This document shows, in pieces, positions 55,321 to 64,000 of a stretch of 64,000 bases of DNA. The stretch spans positions 41,044,001 through 41,108,000 of the forward strand of contig OZ024751.1 in the NCBI GenBank assembly GCA_964016885.1, given 5' to 3'. The notes beneath the pieces were generated by a model that made no database searches, was not told where the DNA came from, and saw nothing but the letters and a program-made list of their open reading frames with translations. The translations under genes were made by a program, and so were the position numbers. The stretch is from Eledone cirrhosa. Lineage: Eukaryota. Position 1 is the first letter of the stretch, and each line of letters starts with the position of its first letter.

Positions 55321-55422
55321 TTTTTGTTGATTTCCAATAGCTTGAACTGTTGAACCAACTGTAAAGTTTTTGTTCTTCTGCTTCCGGAGAGATATCAACT
55401 GTTTTGCAAGAACTGTTGCAGC
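55321..55422 (-). CDS. CHMP2B: CHMP2B exon 4
   Basis: Acceptor cttgtag| and donor |gtaagt. Encodes AATVLAKQLISLRKQKNKNFTVGSTVQAIGNQQK. Confidence 0.9.
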
Positions 55423-56098
55423 CTACAAGAAGAATTTTGGAAAGGTTTTCAGGCATAAAAACATGATTTTGAAATATATCAATATCAACTCTTAACATTC
55501 TGTAACAATTTAGCAGAAAATACCTAAAAACAGGTTTGCTAATTCAAATATTTATAGTATCTTCACTAGTGGACAGATTGGTGTAAAAACATAAAATAAT
55601 GACTTTAATCTTGAAAGTGATTTGTACTTTTCAAGAATGTCTTGCTAATGCAGTTTCGTGTGATACAGGACATTATGAGTTAATAGAATTTTACAGCTTT
55701 CAAAGAAGGTAGTGAATTGGCAGAGTCATTAGAATGTCAAGTAGTATGCATTCTGGCTATCTGCACTCTGGGTTTAAAGGGCAACTGAGGTTAACTTTGC
55801 CATTCATCCTTTTGAGGGTGATAAAAAAGTACCAATTCAGTACTGCCCCCCCCCCCCCCCCCCCCCTCTCTCTCTCAGCTGTAGAAATGAGATGATAGGG
55901 ACTGGGGTCCATATCATTCCACTGTAAAGTGGACGTGGAGGTGCCATGGCAAAAAAGCACCCAGCACTCACTGTAAATGAGGTTGGTGTTAGGAAGGGCA
56001 TCCAGCTGTAGAAATCAAGCCAGAATCAGTTCCCGTCCCACCCTTGCAAGCAGGGAAAAGTGGACGTAAAATGAAATGATGATGAAATAATGATATAT

Positions 56099-56131
<33 letters not shown>

Positions 56132-56240
56132 AGAATTTAATATAGAATGGCTTCTTCAGGACTATAAATGTTTCATTCAAAGGAAATCATCAGGTATTGA
56201 GTACCTTACTTACTGTGGTTACCCCTGATTGAACCCGGGA

Positions 56241-56279
<39 letters not shown>

Positions 56280-56288
56280 AATTAATTG

Positions 56289-56356
<68 letters not shown>

Positions 56357-56396
56357 CAGCTCTGAACACGGTTGATTTCTACCAGACAGACAGACA

Positions 56397-56434
<38 letters not shown>

Positions 56435-56510
56435 GTCTGTCTGTCTCTGGTAGAAATCAACTGTGTTCAGAGCTGGATAGGAGATGGGCTCCGCCAGGTT
56501 TAAAGTTCCC
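56357..56510. mobile_element. Hairpin element with (TA)n loop; homolog at 41860-41910 on the opposite strand
   Basis: Arms cagctctgaacac..ctaccaga / tctggtag..gtgttcagagctg. The continuation ..tccgccaggtttaaa matches the reverse complement of 41854-41910. Confidence 0.6.
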
Positions 56511-56698
56511 AAGCCAACAATGTCCAGTCTGGGAATCAAACCTATGGTCTGACAATCATGAGTTAAACCCTCTAACCATTAGGCAGTGTACATTGACAGT
56601 GTAATAAAGATTGTAGTAAATTATAATAAAGTTTGGAGTCCTGTCTAACTGGACATAACTGTCTAAAGTGTTGTGGAAATTTAAGGAAAACTACTCAC

Positions 56699-56740
56699 CT
56701 GCTTGTTGCCTTCTTTTGCAGCTTTCTTGATATCAACTTC
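56699..56740 (-). CDS. CHMP2B: CHMP2B exon 3
   Basis: Acceptor aaatag| and donor |gtgagt. Encodes EVDIKKAAKEGNKQ (human ELEIKKMAKIGNKE). Confidence 0.9.
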
Positions 56741-56944
56741 CTATTTAATAAAATAATTGAAGACATTTTAATGAGACTATCAAAAGTAGGTTTGATTAAA
56801 TGTTGTCATCCATCATCATCACTAAACACTACCACCACCACCAACAACACTATCATCATCATCATCATCACCAACACCACCACCATCACCACTACCAACA
56901 CCATCATCACCCCTACAAACACCATTACTACTACCACCACCACG

Positions 56945-57143
56945 ACTTTCCCCTGGATAGGACGCCAGTCCGTCGCAGGTTTAAATCCCCAGCTATTACT
57001 GGTACTCATTTTCAGCTGAGTATACTGGAGCAAGGTGAAATGAAGTGTTTTGCTCAAGAACACAACATGCAGCCCAGCCTAGGAATCAAACCCACAACAT
57101 CATGATCATAAGTCCAACACCCTTACCACTAGGCCACATGCTT
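56945..57143 (-). mobile_element. SINE B variant
   Basis: Core and tRNA head in reverse orientation. Confidence 0.7.
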
Positions 57144-57169
57144 TTACCAAACATTACAATACAACTCAC

Positions 57170-57261
57170 CAATTGTTTCTCCTGGCGTTCAAGAGCTGTT
57201 CGATCACGAGCCAAGTCTCGCTGTGTCTTTCTTGATATCTGTTCATTCTTACGAAGTTGTT
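57170..57261 (-). CDS. CHMP2B: CHMP2B exon 2
   Basis: Acceptor ttccag| and donor |gtgagt. Encodes QQLRKNEQISRKTQRDLARDRTALERQEKQL (Snf7/ESCRT-III helix 1). Confidence 0.9.
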
Positions 57262-57446
57262 CTGGAAATAAAAAATTATTTCTGATATAATCTAAGCAAT
57301 TATATTTTAACAGGAAACATAAAATGTTGCTTCTTCATACCTTCTCCAATGGGATTAGCTGTGAAAGTCCTGTACCACATGAAACCACATTAGCAAGACA
57401 TTCTTAAAATGTACAAAACAGCAATAATAAACTGCTTTCAAAAGTA

Positions 57447-57660
57447 TTGGTTTCTAATTTCGACCCAAATTCATCGATTTGTTAGGGATGGGATGGGGGA
57501 ACAAGTCGGTTATATCGATCCCAGTACTTGACTGGTGTTTTATTTTCTTGAATCCCTAAGAATAAGAAACAAAGTTAGGGTTAGCAGTAATTCAACTCAG
57601 AACGTAGAGTAGGAGCAAATATTGCTAAGTATTTTGTCCGATGCTCTAACGATTCTGTCA
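57447..57660 (-). mobile_element. SINE A (old, diverged)
   Basis: Degenerate family A match. Confidence 0.55.
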
Positions 57661-58322
57661 ACCGAAGTACAGAAGAACAACAATTGTTCTATTCTAACAG
57701 AAATCTGTGCCATCGCTGTTAAGTTCCAGAATCTATGTGTACATATTAGAAATAGACTAGACTGCAAAGTGAGAGAGAGAGAGAGAGAGAGAGAGAGTGT
57801 GTGTGTGTGTGTGTGTGATCTGATGCTCCAATAACATGTCATGCAATGCATGACTAAGTGTGAAATACTTAATTAGGTCGAACATAGAAAACAAGATCAG
57901 TAGATTGTGCTGGTTTGTTTCACCAACCACCTCCTCGATTATTACGCAGTCCCACTACTTATAGTTTAATTTTCCTCCATTATTCTTATAATTGAGTCAG
58001 AATTATTATATAATTAGAAACATTGTTGAAATCACGATAAATATCAATAATATATCATGTTTATACATGAAATATTTGAAAGACAAATCGTATCTAAGTA
58101 ATATCTGCCAAGATAAAATATATATAAAATATATATATATATAACATCATTTAATAATCACGTAATTTACTCTAGATTTGTTTTGTCAGGAATAAGTTTT
58201 ATCTTTTTACTGGTTTCAGTCAGTAGACTACGACCAAGCTGGGGCAAAGCCTTATTTTTTTAAATATTATTTGACAAAAGAAAAAGACAGGTGTTTTAAA
58301 AAAAAAATTGAAATTAACTCAC

Positions 58323-58359
58323 GTTGAATTGTAGGTTTCTTTGAGAAAAGTCCAGACAT
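58323..58359 (-). CDS. CHMP2B: CHMP2B exon 1
   Basis: Encodes MSGLFSKKPTIQ plus one base, then donor C|gtgagt. ATG context is GCCATG. Confidence 0.85.
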
Positions 58360-58560
58360 GGCTTTCGTTTACTTCTTATCCTAAGAATAGATTATCAATT
58401 ATTTGATGAGTAATAATGACAACATCAAGTTATACGATCTTGTTTACGTCGAACTGTTGTTAAACCACAACCATTAAACCGGAAGTTTGTTTCTCGAAGG
58501 GAGATAATTAAACTCTAACCGTATTTCGAATTACTTCCCCCTGTCTAGATGCTGTAATGA
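58360..58560. promoter_or_regulatory. Probable promoter region between the divergent CHMP2B and zinc-finger genes, with an ETS motif
   Basis: Lies directly upstream of the CHMP2B ATG. Contains ACCGGAAGT (ETS/GABP consensus) at 58478-58486 and local CpGs. Confidence 0.45.
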
Positions 58561-58719
58561 GTGAGGGTGGAAGTGAGAGCGGCGGGTGGGGAGGTGGTTA
58601 CTGTATCCATAGCCTCCGAGGCACAAGTCCAGGCAAGGTTGTGGAAGACCAGCACTCACCCCTCTCCACGCCACCGATGTTGTCCAAGAGAAAAGAAATG
58701 GTTGATACAGCTTGGCACC

Positions 58720-58872
58720 AGTGACATCGCAACTCATTTCAACAGTTTAATTAATTGGAGCAACGTGAAATAAAGTGTCTTGCTCAAGGACACAACGCAT
58801 CACCTGATCTATGAATCAAACACACAACTCTACGACTACAAACCCAACCCACTAACCATTAAGCCATGCGTT
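58720..58872 (-). mobile_element. SINE B
   Basis: ggagcaacgtgaaataaagtgtcttgctcaaggacacaacgc. Confidence 0.7.
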
Positions 58873-60861
58873 TTGACAAATAACAAGGAAGATAACTGTT
58901 GATTTTTCTGACAGATGTGTGAATTATCTCCTCTTGAATAATAAAACAATTATAGTAATAAACTAAAACAAGAACGTTATTTGGATTCAAGTCATTGTAT
59001 TGGGGTCATACTCTGGATTCAAATACTTACAAAAGTACCATATGTTTTTCATTCTTCAGTTGTCGTTAAATTATACTACCAGGTACGTATCAAGGGTTAA
59101 TGTAAATATTTGTATGAATCATCGTAGATGTAAATGGTTGTTATAACACATTATTGCTACATAGAGATTCTCTCGTTGTTTGTATTATTACTAGTTAAAC
59201 ACTGAAGTTGATTTAATATTCCTATAATATAAAACATTCTACGATTCTTATAAGTTCCAGTTAAGTACAGAAGTAAGTTTAATATTTCTCCAAAGCAGAC
59301 TATACGTGAATAAAATATCTATAACGCGCAGAGGCTTTCTCGTTGGTTCGTCTAAGAATTAGTCAGTTACTGGGGTATATTTATATATAACATTCTAGAT
59401 ATGAATAGAATTAGACTTAGACAATGATTTTTATATTATTTTCAGAGCTATAAACCTCTGCTTCGCTTTCAGCCTCCCTTATGGCTGGTAGCAAACATAA
59501 GATATTCGCCGTTAAATGATAAATAAAACCTGACAACGGTGAACTAGTCTTTCTTATTTATATCAGTGTTCTTTCTATTTTATAGACATTAGTGTGATTT
59601 GACTACTATTTCTACCAGATCGAAAAACTCCCTCGTTTATATGTAACAATACTTTTGTTGGGTGGATGCTGTTTGTTTTACCATGGGTTATATACATTTG
59701 ATGGTGCCTAATAATATAATTGATGGTGTTACTGAATGAACTATTATAAATATAAGTTGAATGTTGGGGACATTTAACTTCTATAAGACACGGGAAACAT
59801 TATTAACAACACCGCCTACTTGCTATATTTATAACTTTACTTAATTTAGATATACTCATACCAATTATCTCATGTTAACGTTTGTTGATAACATACAAAG
59901 GTCGGCTGACAAGGTTAGATGGGTTCTCACTGCCGAGTCTAGACAAGACGGAGAGATCTCATCTTTCTCATACGTTCCATATTTGGCATGGTTTCTCTGG
60001 TTTGATGTCCTACCTACTGCCAACTACCTTACAGAGTGTACTGGGTGTATTTATCGTGGCACCAACATAAACACTTTACACAGTATAGTAGGGACATTTT
60101 ATTGTGGCATCAGCGCTAGAGAGGACGTCATATAATCGACCAGGCTGGAGAATCCTCTCTACCATATATTGTCTACATTTTACAGAGTGTAGTTGGTGCA
60201 CTCCATCGTGGCATCAACACACTAGAGAGGTTGTCAGGTACTTGACACGGCCAGAAGATTTCTATTCTATGTTGTTTTTGTCTGTTCACCCAGTTTTACT
60301 GGGTGGGTGAATATTGAGTACATTCCATATATATATATTCATATCCAATGTTCTTTCTCTGATATTCAGCTTACACCATCATATCTTATGTTTTTCAGAT
60401 GTGCTGCCTGAGTGTTCCATTACAATCTGTAGTCAAAGAATGTTGATTCCTCCACAACATCTGCCACCTGTCATGTTTGGACTATCTATATTTTTTAGAC
60501 TACATATGATCCATTAAATGTATCCATATTTATTAATGTAGAAATACAGACCTTTGTCAACAACAACAACATGTGTGTCTCATGAAGGAGACCCAGTCAG
60601 CAACAAATATTTTGGGGATAAGTAGAAAATATATCTACATTGTATATTTCCCACACAATTAATCAACAGAGTCTGCTGATCTCACAGATAAACTGAACTG
60701 TAATAAATCATAGTCACAGATAGTCAGAAAGCCTCAAGAAATTTCTTGATAATTAATATGGGGGACGTTAATGACTTGGACACTTCTAACAGAACTATTT
60801 TAAACAATATAGATATAGTTACATAGACATACAGTGGTGAGAAACATTTATGTAGTAAAAT

Positions 60862-61996
<1,135 letters not shown>

Positions 61997-62320
61997 ATCT
62001 TTCTCATGCAAATGTAAACTTATTGTCAAAGAAAACACACATACACACACATCAGCAGAAATTATTCTCTTTGGATTCTTATCTTGTAGTCTATAAATAT
62101 GATCTCATTTGAGAGAAACCCTTTCATTAAAATATTTGGGAAAGATTTATTTGTGAATTATAAACATGTAGTGGACAAAACAGACTATGTGTGAAATGAA
62201 GTATGTCTGTAGTTGTAATCAACAGACTGGAGGAAAAAACTATCATTATGAAATATGTTGGAAATCATTCTCTGAGTTCTAGTCATGTAATCCACAAATA
62301 CACCCTGGAGAAAGTTCTAT
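61997..62320 (+). pseudogene. Decayed zinc-finger repeats
   Basis: Degenerate remnants with indels, such as gagagaaaccctttcat, actggaggaaaaaactatcattatgaaatatgttggaaatcattctc and cctggagaaa. Confidence 0.6.
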
Positions 62321-62334
62321 AAATATTTCCATGG

Positions 62335-62665
62335 TAATTGTTCTGAAGAGCTTTCCTTTTTGTTGCCTTAGCTTCACAAGATTTGCAGCTACTTATTGTC
62401 CCTTTACAGTCAAAGTTCCTAAATGTAATCACAAATTCTATTCTAATAATTTCTTCCCTCACACAACTCACCAATGGAATTCTCTTCTAGCTTCTTCCTT
62501 TCCTGACCCACTACAATTTGGAAAAATTAAAAAGCAACATCAATCACCGTCTTCTCTCTCCTTGTATAATGTTCTGCCTGTCAAGTCCTTTTCTCTTCTC
62601 AGTAAACCCTTACATTTTAGTGGCTTTATTGCCTTTCTTGGAGTGAGTAAATAAAAAAAAAAAAA
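62335..62665 (+). mobile_element. CR1/L2-group LINE 3' end with poly(A)
   Basis: Translates to NFFPHTTHQWNSLLASSFPDP. Poly(A) at 62653-62665. Homolog on - at 4290-4520. Confidence 0.65.
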
Positions 62666-64000
62666 GTAAATAGATCTATTCATTAAAGTTTCTTTCAGAT
62701 ACACATCTCATTAATCATGACTGGAATACAGACATAGAAACCTTATGGAAGTGAAATACATGGACATTTACTCTCATTCAAAAGATAATATAACCAAATA
62801 TATACAAGAAGAAATAACAAAATTTGTTCAAAAACATTTTTTATAAATAGAAAAAGAATTTGTCTAAAATCTTATTTGCGACAAAATATTTACATTTTAC
62901 TGGGGCACTGCCTTGTTCAACAGATGAAACCAATTTCAACAATATCCACCAACTACTCATTCACTAAGGTATTACAGTCTCTCATGTAAATTAAAATATA
63001 ATTTTATAAAAACCTAATAACTACTATATTTGTTGGTTGTTATTTTCTGAACAGTCAAAATAATGTTTAAGAATTGATTCAATGCTAAAAACACTTTAAC
63101 AAAATATTGTTTAATAAAATTGTCTATACAGAATTTACAGAAACCTAAAGATAGTGATTCCTACATCTTGATATACCTAATGTAGTTAGAATATTCCAGT
63201 AACTTTAATGTCAGTGGTTATATTGCTACCTTGATGAGATAGAAGTCTACAGGTAGGTGGGTGGGTGGTTGGATCTTTTGCTAGTTTTATGATGACACGT
63301 TTAAATAGTGGTTGCCTAGTAACAAGTTTTGTATCTGTTGCTACTATTCAAGTACCTTTACTGGTTATTTTGAATAACTATTACCAGAACTGCAATACCA
63401 CAGGCAAAGATTTGTTTGAAGAAAATATCATCATCGTTGTTTTCATGTCCATTTTCCCTGCTAAGCAAGGGTTGGACGGGTCTGCATAGACCAAGGTAGT
63501 ATTGAAGTAGTGGCTACTGATCTCCCAGACAAGCCAGGGATCTGTCATGTCACTTATGTACAGTCTCACATTATCAATCCCTAGTTATCCCAAGCTATAA
63601 CAGTCATAGATGAAAGAAGTAATGTTCCATAATTGTTTGTTTTGTCATGGATTATTTCAGTTCTGGAACATTAAATGTGATGCAATTTGTCAGAAATGTT
63701 GAGATTAGATTGAAAATCTTTGTAAGAACAATGGTACAGTTGTATTTTATTTACAAAAGTCACTGTAACCTTCAACTAAGGTACAGGTCTTACTGTTCTT
63801 TATAAACATTCTTCGTAAGCTAGTTTACACTGAAATTATTCTTCTACAATTTTATATGTAGAACATCTAACAAGGTAGAGCTGCGACTTCTCCGAATTGA
63901 GCAATCACAGCTCCGATATTATGGGCATGTGGTTACAGTGTTTCAAGAAAGAATTGCTGGACAGACTTTACAGGTAAAAATCAACCAGCAGGAGACCCAG

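Overview
Eukaryotic, AT-rich DNA saturated with microsatellites. It is probably from an octopus or other coleoid cephalopod; this is an inference from the tRNA-derived SINE families and the [10 protein letters not shown]-type zinc-finger array. Three genes could be assembled by hand. (1) A 4-exon Wnt16 on + (3175/3268-41523, 27.3-kb first intron). (2) A convergent 8-exon CHMP2B (ESCRT-III) on - (58359-51761, 213 aa). (3) A divergently oriented C2H2 zinc-finger gene on + (10 fingers, a frameshift, 3 more fingers, then decayed fingers). The rest is simple repeats, minisatellites, two abundant tRNA-SINE families, Tc1/mariner MITEs and LINE remnants. The most interesting signal is several families of short elements that sit inside (TA)n or (TC)n tracts, end in fold-back hairpins and carry whole or half hammerhead-ribozyme cores, consistent with Penelope-like retroelement termini. 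In one family each copy's private mutations are mirrored in both hairpin arms, and the fold-back point is fixed at the predicted hammerhead stem II. Almost all ORFs in the supplied track are microsatellite artefacts. Repeat boundaries were read by eye and are approximate.
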